Assembly: GCA_963733035.1 (NCBI GenBank)
Contig: CAVTBU010000005.1
Coordinates: forward strand, 128,001-192,000
DNA from: Pirellulales bacterium
Lineage (GTDB): Bacteria > Planctomycetota > Planctomycetia > Pirellulales > PALSA-1355
Length of the DNA stretch: 64,000 nt
Reading direction: 5' to 3'
Positions 42,630 to 53,353 of the stretch are shown in pieces. Position 1 is the stretch's first letter. Each line of letters begins with the position of its first letter. Below the pieces are notes generated by a model, which searched no databases, had not been told where the DNA came from, and saw only the letters and a list, made by a program, of their open reading frames with translations. Position numbers and translations under genes: made by a program.

Positions 42630-43619
42630 ATGTGGAATTCGCTCACGAAATACCACCCGCGGATTGGCTACACGTTCATGCCGAGCGTCCGTTCGCGCAT
42701 ACCCTGGGAAACCGGCGGCTACCTGGTAAGCACTAACAGTGCGGGCTTCCGCTCCGATTTCGAGTTCATCAAGGAGCGCACGGCGGGAAAGTTTCGGGCG
42801 ATCGTCTTTGGCGATTCGCAAACGGCCGGCGACGGTCTGAGCAACCGCCAGCGATACAGCGACGTGCTTGCCTCGCTCGTTCCCGACCTGGAAGTCTATA
42901 ACTATGGCCTTCCCGGCTCCGGCACCGACCAGCAATACCTCACCTATCTTGATTGCGCGGACGTCGAACACGATCTGGTCATCATTGGCTTGCACGTCGA
43001 AAACATCGGCCCAGTCTCCCATCGCTTTCGCCCCTACAAGGACGGCGAAGGCAACGAAGTGATTTATGCCAAGCCGTACTACTCGCTTGAGAATGGCGAC
43101 CTCGTGTTGCACCACATCCCCGTGCCCAAGGCGCCGATGACGCGGGCCACGATTTCCACAGACGATGCCCTGCATGTCGATTGGGGAGTACCGTTCGCCG
43201 GATTGCGAACCGTTGTGAAGAAGCTCGGCATGCGCGATCTGATGCAAAAGATCACGAAGTTTCAGCCCGTGCCGGACTATGATTCGCCCACCAACGGCAA
43301 TTGGCTGTTGCTCCGAAAAATCCTGGAGACATGGATCCGCGGGAGCAAGACACCAGTGTTGTTGCTGCTGATACCGATGTGGCCGTTTGTGGAACAATCC
43401 AGCGATCCGACAAACTACCAGTCGCGGTTTCGCGAACTTGCCGAGGAGACGGGCTGTCGTTTGCACGATCCGCTCCCAGACCTGTGGCAATACACCGACA
43501 GCCAGCGTCGTGGTTTCCGCTTCAAAGTCGATTCACATTTGACGCCCGACGGTCATAAGGCAATCGCCGTCTCACTGGCGCCCGCCGTCGAGCGGATCTT
43601 GGCCGAACAGCGTGGTTAG
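42630..43619 (+). CDS. SGNH/GDSL hydrolase family protein
   Basis: TNSAGFR, FGDSQTAGDG, YNYGLPGSGTDQQ, ENI, DSHLTPDGH. Confidence 0.88.
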   Translation: MWNSLTKYHPRIGYTFMPSVRSRIPWETGGYLVSTNSAGFRSDFEFIKERTAGKFRAIVFGDSQTAGDGLSNRQRYSDVLASLVPDLEVYNYGLPGSGTDQQYLTYLDCADVEHDLVIIGLHVENIGPVSHRFRPYKDGEGNEVIYAKPYYSLENGDLVLHHIPVPKAPMTRATISTDDALHVDWGVPFAGLRTVVKKLGMRDLMQKITKFQPVPDYDSPTNGNWLLLRKILETWIRGSKTPVLLLLIPMWPFVEQSSDPTNYQSRFRELAEETGCRLHDPLPDLWQYTDSQRRGFRFKVDSHLTPDGHKAIAVSLAPAVERILAEQRG

Positions 43620-43690
43620 TCGGCCCGGGCTTGGCCCTTACACGGGGCCGTCGATGCGTCAGTCGACTTCGGTTCCTCTGGGAATCACCC

Positions 43691-44227
43691 TCAGTTGCTG
43701 TCGCGATGTGTCGGCAACGCCGCGGTGCGACTCACTGTCCCCGATTGCCTTGACGGTGCCACATGCTTCGTGGGGAAAAGCTTCGGAGATTTGAGCGCTT
43801 TTTCGCCCTTGATCACGACAACGCGCTCGACGGACATTTTGGCGTCGTAGTGCACCTCCAATTGAACTTCGGTGCCGTCGACAAGCGTCTCGGCGGGCAC
43901 GCCCACCACTTCCCACAGGCCAAATGTAGCGACGTCGGCCGCGCCGTGCGCCAATGCTCGCGCGGCTTTCGTTGTCTTGGCATATCCTTGCTTGAACGCG
44001 AACACGTCCACCTGCCGACCGTCTTGCTTCTCGCTCCACACGGGCGGTCCCAATTCGGCAATCACGTGCGTGCGCGGGATGCCGGGATCGAGCACTCCCA
44101 GATCGCGCTTGTTCGGTTGTCGCGAGGCAATCACCGCGGCGCAACCGGGAAGAACTGCTGTCAGTGCGCCGAACGCACAAGCAACGACCGCGCCGACTCG
44201 ACTGATTCGTTTTATTCGGTACGACAC
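43691..44227 (-). CDS. Hypothetical lipoprotein
   Basis: GGAGG + GTG; lipobox VLPG|C; RTHVIAELGPP; HGAADVATFGLWEVVG. Confidence 0.7.
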   Translation of the reverse strand: MSYRIKRISRVGAVVACAFGALTAVLPGCAAVIASRQPNKRDLGVLDPGIPRTHVIAELGPPVWSEKQDGRQVDVFAFKQGYAKTTKAARALAHGAADVATFGLWEVVGVPAETLVDGTEVQLEVHYDAKMSVERVVVIKGEKALKSPKLFPTKHVAPSRQSGTVSRTAALPTHRDSN

Positions 44228-44383
44228 ACAGCCTCCGAAATCGACAACCATCCCCCCTGTCGGCCAAAGGAGGAGGATCATAGGCACCTGTTGCGTTCGT
44301 GTGAATCTCATTTAGCGAGATCGCCTCCTTCGCTCTTGTCAGGCCTGAAACAGGCCCCCTAAACACGAAGGGACGCCGAAATC

Positions 44384-44434
44384 TTGACGTTCTCCCCCAA
44401 AAGCACCATACTGTTGCGGTTAGTGAGCACTAAC
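44384..44434 (+). promoter_or_regulatory. Sigma70 promoter with palindromic TetR-type operator
   Basis: TTGACG(44384)-N17-CATACT(44407-44412), then perfect inverted repeat GTTAGTG-AG-CACTAAC (44419-44434). Confidence 0.75.
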
Positions 44435-44452
44435 TTACCTCAACAGGCCGAC

Positions 44453-45205
44453 ATGAGTACCGCTCGTAACCACCGTCCGCGTCGGATGACAGCCAAAGAG
44501 CGCAGGCAATCCATCCTGCTGGCTGCCGCACCGGTCATTGCCGAATCCGGCCTACACGGGGCATCCGTAAAAAACATTGCCGAGGCGGCCGGCGTCTCCG
44601 AGGCTCTGCTCTATAAACATTTCCCCAGCAAACAGGCTCTCTACGACGAGACGCTCGCGACGGCCCGCGAATTTTCGCGGTTTACCATCGCCCGATTTGC
44701 CACGCTGACTCCCAGCACCGAATCGTTCGTCCTGCTGACTTATGCCACGATTGATTTCATCCTGTTCGGATTCCCCGGACGCGAAGCGCATGAACAGGGA
44801 GCCGCGCGGCTGGTGTTGCAAAGCCTGCTCGGCGACGGTACCTACGCTCGCACCATTTTCGCCGACACGGCCGCGAGTTGGATGGACTACGTGATGGCCA
44901 GTTACACGGCGGCGGTGGCCGCCGGCGACATTGTGAAAATGGAAATTGAGCCGGCTCAACGTTTCCGATTCGTGCAACAGCTTGGCATGGCGCTGCGAAT
45001 CAGCCACCTGCCTGAGCCACCGGCCATCGACCACCACGGCAGCAAACGAGAACTCGTCAATAACGCAACCTTGTTCTCGTTGCGCGGTGTCGGAGTTACG
45101 GATCGAGCAATAGCCGAATACTTCCAGCCGGCCAGCCTTGCCAAGATGCTGTCGGACCTTTTCCCCGTTGATAGCGCGGGCGGCATCGCCCGCCCCTGTT
45201 CGTAA
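44453..45205 (+). CDS. TetR/AcrR family transcriptional regulator
   Basis: RRQSILLAA...GLHGASVKNIAEAAGVSEALLYKHFPSKQALY. Confidence 0.93.
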   Translation: MSTARNHRPRRMTAKERRQSILLAAAPVIAESGLHGASVKNIAEAAGVSEALLYKHFPSKQALYDETLATAREFSRFTIARFATLTPSTESFVLLTYATIDFILFGFPGREAHEQGAARLVLQSLLGDGTYARTIFADTAASWMDYVMASYTAAVAAGDIVKMEIEPAQRFRFVQQLGMALRISHLPEPPAIDHHGSKRELVNNATLFSLRGVGVTDRAIAEYFQPASLAKMLSDLFPVDSAGGIARPCS

Positions 45206-45246
45206 CTTGCGCAGGATCGTTCCGCGATTATCAGGAGTGATGCGTC

Positions 45247-47085
45247 ATGCGAGCCCGTCCAAGCAGAAGCTTCAGCGTCCTATTAGCGAGCCTGACATTG
45301 GCAGTGTTCACGCCTTGCGCCGTCGGTGCCCCCGTCGGTCCGGGAACCTTGGTCGATGATTTTGAAATGTCGGACCTCTATGGCCGCCAGCACAAAATAT
45401 CGGACTATGGCGATCGGCACGCTGTCGTACTGGCGTTTGTGGGAACCGAATGTCCACTCGCACGGCTCTATGCACCGCGGCTCGCGGCGCTGTCGAAGAA
45501 ATACGAATCTGCCGGCATCAGCTTCCTGGGCATCAGTTCAAATCTGCACGACAACGTAACCGAGTTGCGGCACTTTGCTCGTGAACATGGCATCGAGTTC
45601 CCAATTCTAAAGGATGTGGGCAACGTGTTGGCCGACCGTTTGCGAGCCGAGCGGCTTCCCGTGGTGTTCTTGCTGGATCGTGATCGGGTTATCCGATATT
45701 GCGGCCGCATTGATGATCAATACGGCCTGCAATCTACGCCGGCCGGCAAGCGAGTGAGTTACCAGCTGTCCGAAGCACGACGGCAGGATCTGGCACTGGC
45801 AATCGATGAGTTGCTCGCCGGCAAACCGGTGAGCGTCGCCACCACGGAACCCAGCGGCTGCCTGATCGGCCGCAGGAAACAGGCAAACGAAGCGAGTTCC
45901 GTGACCTACTCGAAGCAGATTGTGCGGCTCTTCAACCAGCACTGTGTGTTCTGTCACCGCGAGGGACAGATTGCGCCGTTCGCCCTGGAAAGCTACGATG
46001 ACGCCGCCGGTTGGGCCGAAATGATCAACGAAGTCGTCCAGGAGCAACGCATGCCTCCCTGGCATGCCGATCCGCGATACGGTCACTTCATCAACGATGC
46101 CAGGCTCAGCAGCGACGAAAGGGAATTGATTGCCACATGGGTCGAAGCAGGCGCGCCGGAAGGCGAAAAGTCCGATCTGCCCGAGCCACCAAAGTTTGCC
46201 GAAGGCTGGATGATCCCGGAGCCGGATCAAGTGATTTACATGCCCCAGGCGTTTGACGTCCCGGCAGAAGGCACTGTCGAGTACAAGATGTTTATCGTCG
46301 ACCCTGGGTGGACCGAAGATAAGTGGGTGGCCGCGATGGAGCCGCGCCCGGGCAACCCCGCGGTTGTGCATCACATTGTCATGTACGTGCTACCACCGCG
46401 AGGCGTGTCGAAGTACTTTAGCGCCGATCTGCCCAAGACTCAGCTCGATTGGTTCGCTTCCTTTGCGCCGGGTTTGCGTCCGCCCGTGTTGCCGGAGGGA
46501 ACGGCTCGCTACATTCCCGCGGGCAGCAAGCTCGCGTTCCAGATGCACTACACCCCCAACGGCAGCGCCCAGTCGGACCGCAGTTACGTGGGAATCAAGT
46601 TTGCTGATCCGCGAACGGTCAAGCGCGAAGTGGCCGTGCAACATTCAGGGTCGCACGACTTCGTGATTCCGGCCCATGCGGCCAATCATCGAGTGGATTC
46701 GTCGTACACGTTCGAACATGACTCACTGCTGTGGTCGGTTTCGCCGCACATGCATCTGCGCGGCAAAGATTTCCTCTACAAGCTGATCTACCCCGATGGC
46801 AAGGAGGAAATCGTACTCAACGTGCCGCAATACGATTTCGGCTGGCAAACGACTTACATTCTCCGAGAACCCAAACGCATTCCCAAAGGGACGAAATTGC
46901 ACTGCGTCGCACACTTCGATAACTCGGAGGATAATCTAAACAACCCCGACCCGTCGATTGAGGTCCGCTATGGACCGCAGACCTGGGAAGAGATGTGCTA
47001 TGGCTGGTTTGAAATCTGCCTGGCGGATCAGGATCTCTCGGGTCAATTGGCACAAAATCGTCCGTCGGCGGCTTCGGAAAAATGA
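45247..47085 (+). CDS. Secreted redoxin + c-type cytochrome + copper monooxygenase (PHM/DBH)-like multidomain protein
   Basis: Signal peptide; FVGTECPLA redoxin; CVFCH haem motif; RMPPW; VVHH, QMHY, PHMHLRGK, YDFGWQ, WEEM. Confidence 0.85.
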   Translation: MRARPSRSFSVLLASLTLAVFTPCAVGAPVGPGTLVDDFEMSDLYGRQHKISDYGDRHAVVLAFVGTECPLARLYAPRLAALSKKYESAGISFLGISSNLHDNVTELRHFAREHGIEFPILKDVGNVLADRLRAERLPVVFLLDRDRVIRYCGRIDDQYGLQSTPAGKRVSYQLSEARRQDLALAIDELLAGKPVSVATTEPSGCLIGRRKQANEASSVTYSKQIVRLFNQHCVFCHREGQIAPFALESYDDAAGWAEMINEVVQEQRMPPWHADPRYGHFINDARLSSDERELIATWVEAGAPEGEKSDLPEPPKFAEGWMIPEPDQVIYMPQAFDVPAEGTVEYKMFIVDPGWTEDKWVAAMEPRPGNPAVVHHIVMYVLPPRGVSKYFSADLPKTQLDWFASFAPGLRPPVLPEGTARYIPAGSKLAFQMHYTPNGSAQSDRSYVGIKFADPRTVKREVAVQHSGSHDFVIPAHAANHRVDSSYTFEHDSLLWSVSPHMHLRGKDFLYKLIYPDGKEEIVLNVPQYDFGWQTTYILREPKRIPKGTKLHCVAHFDNSEDNLNNPDPSIEVRYGPQTWEEMCYGWFEICLADQDLSGQLAQNRPSAASEK

Positions 47086-47179
47086 ACATGCGAGTGGAAT
47101 CCTTTGTCGAACCCCGATAAACTCACGAGCGCTTCGTTCGAGGCGCCGAACCGAATCATGTCTTAGGGAGGTTTGAGCG

Positions 47180-48985
47180 ATGTTTTCATCGAGTCCGTTT
47201 AGCGCGGCCCGCGGGGCCGCCGTCGTGTCCGTTTTGTGTGGCTTAGTTTGGGCATCAGGAGCGTCCAACGGTGCAACTCCCGATCGAAGCGGCCAAGACA
47301 GCCGAGTAGGGCGCAAGATCGAAAACTTCACGCTCGAAGACTTTCGCGGTACGCCCCGCTCGCTCGACGATTTGAAAGACGCCAAACTCGTCGTGGTGGC
47401 CTTCATGGGAACCGAGTGTCCTTTGGCGAACCTTTATACGCCGCGGCTGGCGGCATTGGCCAAGAAGTTGGAGGACCGGGGAGTGGCGTTCCTGGGAATC
47501 AACTCCAACCAGCAGGATTCGATCACCGAAGTTTCCGCCCACGCGCAGCGGCATAATATCCCCTTCCACGTACTTAAAGATCCAGGCAACAAGGTTGCCG
47601 ACGCCTTTGGCGCGGTCCGCACTCCTGAGATGTTCGTCCTCGACAAGGATCGCGTGGTCCGTTACTGGGGCCGCATTGATGATCAATTTGGCGTCGGTTT
47701 TCAGAAGGAAGAACCAACTCGCAACGATCTCGAAGTCGCCATCGACGAATTGCTGGACGGCAAGCCGGTCACGATCGCCACGACGACCGCCCCCGGTTGC
47801 TTGATTGGGCGCGTGCATCGGCCGAACCCGTCGGGTGAGGTGACCTATGCGAATCAGATTTCCCGGCTTATTCAGAAGCGATGTGTCGAGTGCCATCACG
47901 ATGGCCAGATCGCGCCCTTCGCGCTGACCAAATTCGACGAAGTTGTCGGTTGGGCCGAAATGATTCAGGAAGTCGTGCACCAACGGCGAATGCCCCCCTG
48001 GATGGCCGCTCCCGAGCATAACGAATTCAAGAACAATCCATCTCTAACCAAAGACGAATTGGCGCTGGTCGATACCTGGGTCGCCAACGGGTGCCCAGAG
48101 GGAGATCCCTCGCAGTTGCCACCGCGGGCGCAATACGCCGAAGGCTGGGGCATTTCCGAGCCGGACGAGATCTTCTACCAGAGCGATGAGCCGTTTCACG
48201 TCTCCGCCGACGGCGTGGTCAACTACCAGTACTACACCGTCGATCCCGGCTGGAAAGAAGACAAGTGGATACAGCAGGCCGAGGTTAAGGCCGGAAATCC
48301 GGCCGTCGTTCACCACGTGATCGTCTTCATCCAGGAGCCTGGTGGTCAGCCGTTCGGCGCACCGCAAATGGCCTACGCGCCTGGCATGACGCCTCGGCGA
48401 TTCCCCAAGGGCGTCGCAATTCGTGCCCGTGCCGGCTCGCAGCTCGTCTTCCAGAATCACTACACACCCAATGGTACGCCTCAGGAAGACCGCAGTTATG
48501 TGGGTTTCGTGTACGCCGATCCGAAGGACGTAACTCACGAGGTGCTCGGCGGCAGCTGCGGACAGATGGTGCTGGCGATCCCACCGCACGATCCGAACTA
48601 CCGGGTCGAGGCCCGCAAACTCTTCCTCAAGGACTCCATCCTCCTTGGCATGAACCCCCACATGCACGTTCGCGGCAAGTCGTTTAAATACGAATTGCAA
48701 CTACCGGACGGCACACGCGAGGTCCTGCTGGACGTACCTCACTACGACTTCAACTGGCAACTCTGGTATATGCTCAAGGAGCCGAAGCTAATCCCCAAGG
48801 GGAGCAAGATGGTCTGCACGGCCTACTACGACAATTCGGCCGACAACCCCGCGAATCCCGACCCCGACAAGGAAATCAACTGGGGAGAACAAACCTGGGA
48901 AGAAATGATGTTCGGCTTCTATTCCACAATTAAAGAGCGAACGGACATCGAACAGAAAGAGACGAAGACGTCGGCCACAAAGTAG
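47180..48985 (+). CDS. Tandem paralog: redoxin + cytochrome c + copper monooxygenase-like protein
   Basis: FMGTECPLA, CVECH, RMPPW, VVHH, QNHY, PHMHVRGK, YDFNWQ, WEEMM. Confidence 0.85.
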   Translation: MFSSSPFSAARGAAVVSVLCGLVWASGASNGATPDRSGQDSRVGRKIENFTLEDFRGTPRSLDDLKDAKLVVVAFMGTECPLANLYTPRLAALAKKLEDRGVAFLGINSNQQDSITEVSAHAQRHNIPFHVLKDPGNKVADAFGAVRTPEMFVLDKDRVVRYWGRIDDQFGVGFQKEEPTRNDLEVAIDELLDGKPVTIATTTAPGCLIGRVHRPNPSGEVTYANQISRLIQKRCVECHHDGQIAPFALTKFDEVVGWAEMIQEVVHQRRMPPWMAAPEHNEFKNNPSLTKDELALVDTWVANGCPEGDPSQLPPRAQYAEGWGISEPDEIFYQSDEPFHVSADGVVNYQYYTVDPGWKEDKWIQQAEVKAGNPAVVHHVIVFIQEPGGQPFGAPQMAYAPGMTPRRFPKGVAIRARAGSQLVFQNHYTPNGTPQEDRSYVGFVYADPKDVTHEVLGGSCGQMVLAIPPHDPNYRVEARKLFLKDSILLGMNPHMHVRGKSFKYELQLPDGTREVLLDVPHYDFNWQLWYMLKEPKLIPKGSKMVCTAYYDNSADNPANPDPDKEINWGEQTWEEMMFGFYSTIKERTDIEQKETKTSATK

Positions 48986-49069
48986 GTAGTCCGTGACGCA
49001 CAACGCTTCCGCGTTCGACATCGGCAGCGCCCGCATTCGACGGGCGCTGCCGTTTCTTTGTCCATCGGA

Positions 49070-50512
49070 TCAGGCAGGCCGTTGGCCTTTCTGGAGAATG
49101 TCCCACACGACCTTGGGCTCGGCACCGTCCATGAGGCTGCCGTTGCCGGTGGGTCGCGGAAAAGTGACCTGGTCGACCGAGAGACCAAACAGGTGTAACA
49201 GCGTGGCGTGGTAGTCGTGGTGGGTGACAACCTTCTCCGCGGCCTTATGCCCCAATTCGTCGGTCGCGCCGTGGACGAGGCCGCCTTTCACACCGCCGCC
49301 GGCCAGCCACATACTAAACCCGTAGGTGTTGTGATCGCGGCCGATGTTCTTCTCGTTTTGAATCACCGGCAGTCGTCCCATCTCGCCACCCCAGTGCACA
49401 AGCGTGGTATCGAGCAGCCCCCGTTGTTTCAAATCCTTGACCAAGGCGGCCGCCGGTTTGTCGGTCTTTTGGCATACGTCGGGAAGCGACTTCTGAATGT
49501 TGCCGTGGTGGTCCCAGGTTTGGTTGCCGGTGTGAATCTGCACAAACCGCACGCCGCGCTCGACCAGCCGCCGAGCAATCAGGCAGCGTGTGCCGTAGTC
49601 GCGCGTGATATCCTCGTCGATGCCGTACAACTTGTGCGTCGCCTCGGTCTCGCCGGAGATATCCAAAGCCTCCTTTGCAGCCACTTGCATCCGCGCGGCA
49701 AGCTCGTAGCTGTGAATCCGCGCCGCCAAGTCTTGCTCGCCTGGGTGACGGTCAAGATGTTCACGATTCAGGTTTTGCAAATAGGTCAGAAACCGTTTCT
49801 GGGCCGGTCCGCGCAGCTTCTCCGGCGGATCGAGGTTCAAGATTCTCGGCTCGTGCGGCCGCACGACCGTTCCCTGGAAGAGCGAAGGAAGCCAACCATT
49901 GCTCCAATTTTCCACTCCCAACACGGGCAGCCCGCTCGGATCGCTAAGCACAACGAATGCCGGCAAATTCTGACTCTCCGATCCCAGGGCATACGTTACC
50001 CAAGAACCGAGTGCGGGCCGGCCACCGATGAAGTTACCCGTGTTGAGGGCGTTGATCGACTGCCCATGATTGTTCACGCCGGTGTGCATCGAGCGGATCA
50101 GGCAGATGTCATCAGCCACCTCTCCCAGGTGCGATACCAACTCACTCAGTTCCATCCCACACTGGCCGCGTGGTGAAAACTTCCAAGGGCTGCCGAAGAG
50201 CTTGGCGCTGGCCTCCGCGGCGTTGTCGTATTTAATGTCGCCAGTGTAGGTCTGCATATGCCGCTTGGTCAGCTCCGGCTTGGGGTCGAACAAATCAATG
50301 TGACTCGGTCCCCCCTGCATGAACATCGAAATCATGGCCGTGGCTTGAGGCTGCACCACGGGTTGTCGCGGTTTGACGTCGAACGTGCGTTGTTCGAGTT
50401 CTGGCTTGACCGGCGCACCGGCAGCGCTCTTTTGCAAGAGCCAAGAGACCGCCAGAGCCCCGAGTCCGAACGCTTGCTGGCTGAGAAAGTGGCGGCGTGT
50501 GAAGTGCGACAT
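49070..50512 (-). CDS. DUF1501 domain protein (Tat-like signal)
   Basis: TRRHFL; MFMQGGPSHIDLFDPKP; GSWVTYALGSE; SYELAARMQ; CLIARRLVERGVRFVQ; WDHH; GRDHN. Confidence 0.9.
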   Translation of the reverse strand: MSHFTRRHFLSQQAFGLGALAVSWLLQKSAAGAPVKPELEQRTFDVKPRQPVVQPQATAMISMFMQGGPSHIDLFDPKPELTKRHMQTYTGDIKYDNAAEASAKLFGSPWKFSPRGQCGMELSELVSHLGEVADDICLIRSMHTGVNNHGQSINALNTGNFIGGRPALGSWVTYALGSESQNLPAFVVLSDPSGLPVLGVENWSNGWLPSLFQGTVVRPHEPRILNLDPPEKLRGPAQKRFLTYLQNLNREHLDRHPGEQDLAARIHSYELAARMQVAAKEALDISGETEATHKLYGIDEDITRDYGTRCLIARRLVERGVRFVQIHTGNQTWDHHGNIQKSLPDVCQKTDKPAAALVKDLKQRGLLDTTLVHWGGEMGRLPVIQNEKNIGRDHNTYGFSMWLAGGGVKGGLVHGATDELGHKAAEKVVTHHDYHATLLHLFGLSVDQVTFPRPTGNGSLMDGAEPKVVWDILQKGQRPA

Positions 50513-50531
50513 CGCTGAAAAATCCCCTGCC

Positions 50532-53154
50532 CTAATCGACGTACAAGAATTCATTGGAGATCAATAGTGCGTGACAGAGTTGAGATAGCGCCGTCTGTTC
50601 CGGCGGCGCCGCCTTGTCGTCGACGGACTCCGCAGCCGCTTGTTCTTTAAGCGCGGTAGCCTGTTCGCTCATGAATGCAACTCCCGATTCGACCTCCGCC
50701 TCGGTGGCCGGCCGCGAGTATGCCAGCAGCCACGCCCGCCGAAATTGCATCGCAGGATCATCTCCCGCTTCGTCGCGAATCCGCGCGGCCATGGCTTCGG
50801 CCTGCGTCACGACCAGATTGCTGTTCATCATCAACAACGACTGCGGGGCAACGGTGGACGAGGAGCGCTGCTCGCAGTTGGGTGTCATGACCGGTAGATC
50901 GAAGGGCTCGAGCATCCCTAGTGGCATCGAGCGCCGCGCTTGCACGTAAATGCTGCGTCGAAATTCTTCCTCGCCAAGCGGTACGACTTTGCCCGAGGGA
51001 CGCCCGGCCGAATCGCGCGTGTCGACACCGACCACAACCTGCCCCACGTCGTCCGGCATGACCGGCACCGGCGGCCCATACATTTTGGCCGACAGCCGCC
51101 CGCTGGTGGCCAATAGCCAATCGCGAATCGTTTCGGCCTCGAGCCGCCGCACGCTCATGCGGCCCAGCAGCCGGTTCTCGGGGTCGATCGCGTCCAGTTC
51201 AGCGCACCGTGCCGACGATTGCCGATAGGCCCTGGACGTAACAAGCATTCGCTGCAGCGGCTTCAACTTCCAGCCGCCGCGCATGAATTCATCCGCCAGC
51301 CAGTCGAGCAACGGCGGATGCGACGGCAGCTCGCCCTGCGCACCAAAGTCGGCGGGGGTTGCCACGATGCCGCGGCCAAATACGTGCAGCCAAAAACGAT
51401 TTACCAACACGCGAGCCACCAACGGATGCGTTCCGTCGGTTAGGTGTCGCGCATATGCCAGGCGGCGACCACTGGTCGAACGGTTGGGATCGTCCTCGGG
51501 AATTCTCCAGTCGTCGTCGTTCAAGATGGCCAATTCGCCCGGCGCCACTTCCTGGCGTGGACTGTTGAAGTCGCCCCGCGAAAACAGAAACGTCGGCGGA
51601 ATTTTACCGGGCACCTCGGTCAGGCACCGCACCAGGTCCTCTTCGGGCCGCTTGGATTTGGTGGCTTCCGTAAGTTCATCCCATTTCTTATTGAAGCCCC
51701 GCAAACGATCGGGCAAGTAGAGATAGACCGATCCGCGATCTACGTTCAAAAACGGATACTCTTTGATCAACTGCTTCTGTTTGTCAGTACGCTCCTTTTC
51801 CGGCGTCTCGCGTGCCGCCTTGGCCTGCGGCTGGATTTCCTCGGGCAGTTTCGCCAGCTCCTCATCAAATGTCTCCTGTACAAGCGAGTCCAGTTCCTCA
51901 TTGCGTCGCCGCGCAACTTCCTTTAGTTCCGTATCCACCGCGTCCGCCTTTGCTCGCACCTCATCCGACCATAGTGACACGAGCCGCGCGTCGGCATTTC
52001 GCCAACTCTTCCAATCGTATGCGGGTTCGAACAGGGCTCGAATGCGATGATAATCCTCGTGCGAAATCGGATCGTAGCGATGCGCATGACATTGCGCAGC
52101 CAACCGACAACCCCAATAGCGAAGTGGACACGATCTTGATCGTTTCAGCCATCACGTCGTTGCGGGCCACGTTCTGGTCGGCGGATCCGCCGGTACCGTC
52201 GGGTCCCATGCGCAGCATGCCGGTGGCGATCAGTTTGTCGGCATCTGCGGCGGATAGGTTTGCGTAAGGCGGTGACAACAATTCATCGCCGGCCAGTTGT
52301 TCGACCAGGAACTCGTCCCAGGATTTGTCAGAGTTAAACGCCCGAATCACATAGTCGCGGTATTTGTAGGCCCACTTTCGCTCACGGTCGAGTTCGTCGT
52401 AGCCGTTCGAGTCGGCGTAGCCGGCCACATCGAGCCAGTGGCGCACCCAACGTTCGCCATATGCCGGAGACGCCAGCAATCGATCAACCAACTGCTCATA
52501 GGCGTCGTCTGCCGGATCGTTGACGAACTGCTCGATCTGCTCAGGCGACGGAGGTAAACCGGTCAGATCGTAATACAACCGCCGAATCAGCGTCGCACGG
52601 TCGGCTTCCGGCGAAAAACTGAACCCTTGCTCTTCCAGGCGGGCCAGCAAAAACGCGTCGATCGGCGTCGCGATCAACTCGGACCTGTTCACTTGGGGCA
52701 GCGACGGACGCCGAATCGGTTGAAACGACCAATGCGATCGCTCCTCCGCGGTAAAGACATTCCCCGCGGCGAGCGTCTCCGGTTCTGGCCGACTGGTCGG
52801 CGCTCCGGCGTCGATCCATTTGGCCAGCGTAGCGACTTGCGCCTCGGGCAAGGGTTTGTCGCCGGGGGGCATTTCGCCCGCGCTGATCCGCTGGTAGAGG
52901 AGACTCGCGCCGTGGTCACCCGCCACAATCGCCGGGCCAGAGTCGCCTCCCTTGACTAGAAATCTGGCCAGGCGAGCGTCGAGCCCGCCTTCGAGTTCGG
53001 CATCCTCGCCGTGGCAATGCCAGCAATGTGCCTTGAGGATCGGCCGGACGTCGGCTTCAAACGAAAGGGAAGAAACCGATGCCGTCTCGCTATCGGCGGC
53101 GAGCAGCGGGACGGGCGCCGCCAACAACATCAAACACAACAGAATTCTGACCAT
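50532..53154 (-). CDS. Planctomycete cytochrome c + DUF1549 + DUF1553 protein; frameshifted near 52095
   Basis: SFEADVRPILKAHCWHCHG, HWSFQP, TLIRRLYYDLTGLPP, YGERWVRHWLD, GC[A]QCHAHRYDPI, RVLVNRFW, PSHPPLLDWLA, RRSIY. Confidence 0.88.
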
Positions 53155-53353
53155 GGCGAGACCGCGAGGCAGGAAGCGGGCAGGTGGGACAACGCGCCAT
53201 TGCAGCAAGGCTGATTGTAACCGTTCGAGCGGTTCCGCTCAACCTTTCGTTGGCGGGGCGGGCTATACCGCGCACGGTTGACGCTATGTCGCCGGCGGCC
53301 GAAAATCGAGGTTTGAGTCCGATCAACGCCCCTCCCGCTTCCACCGCACGATC

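Noticed and set aside
41946..43490. 514-aa minus-strand ORF
   Set aside because: Antisense shadow of the PCPYA and SGNH genes; no motifs; long shadow ORFs are expected at high GC
39801..43619. Saxitoxin or Nod-factor biosynthesis
   Set aside because: Only a carbamoyltransferase/SGNH module is present; no sxtA/sxtG or nodABC-like genes in the window
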